Source of the DNA: Malacoraja senta
Lineage: Eukaryota
DNA: 64,000 nucleotides
NCBI GenBank assembly: GCA_038087875.1
Contig: CM075993.1
Coordinates: 8,184,001 to 8,248,000 of the forward strand
Direction of reading: 5' to 3'
The notes beneath the pieces were generated by a model. It was not told the origin of the DNA and made no database searches. It saw nothing but the letters and a program-made list of their open reading frames with translations. Positions 63,823 through 64,000 of this stretch are shown in pieces (position 1 is the stretch's first letter; every line of letters begins with the position of its first letter). Position numbers and translations under genes: made by a program.

Positions 63823-64000
63823 AATAGAAGATAATTTAATTGATGTTATAATTGCATTGATATTCCATCTTAATAAGGAAAGACTTGGATTTGCTGGGAC
63901 ATTTAAGTCACTGATATCCCTATATTCTTAGTTAATGGGCTACTTTTGATCTCCTGATACTTTCAAATGAAAGAAAAGCAGCAACCAATTTGCTCTTTAA

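Noticed and set aside
1-64000. Most ORFs in the six-frame track
   Set aside because: They are antisense or off-frame readings of repeats or of TRIP4 exons. This is intron-containing eukaryotic DNA, and alternative-start ORFs are not evidence of genes.

Overview
Repeat-rich vertebrate genomic DNA, most likely a cartilaginous fish such as a skate or ray (inferred from HE1-like V-SINEs, Deu-domain SINE remnants and the CR1/Penelope complement). The whole window lies inside one + strand gene, TRIP4 (ASC-1, activating signal cointegrator 1). Ten internal coding exons can be spliced by hand with GT-AG ends and consistent phases (1419 nt, about 473 codons). They include the C2HC5 zinc finger and most of the ASCH domain; the first exons and the terminal exon lie outside the window. 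A 32.3 kb intron splits the ASCH domain. Introns hold a Tc1 end, CR1, Rex1/Babar, RTE, RTE-X-like and HERO-like LINE fragments, V-SINEs, four PIF/Harbinger MITEs and Penelope-like (Neptune-type) elements. The most notable signal is more than 30 short Penelope-derived units. Many are palindromic, many have 8-17 bp target-site duplications, and several carry a minimal hammerhead ribozyme core (CTGAAGA-stem-GAAACGTC). Family and orthology assignments come from recalled motifs, not database searches. Repeat boundaries are approximate unless a TSD or TIR is cited.
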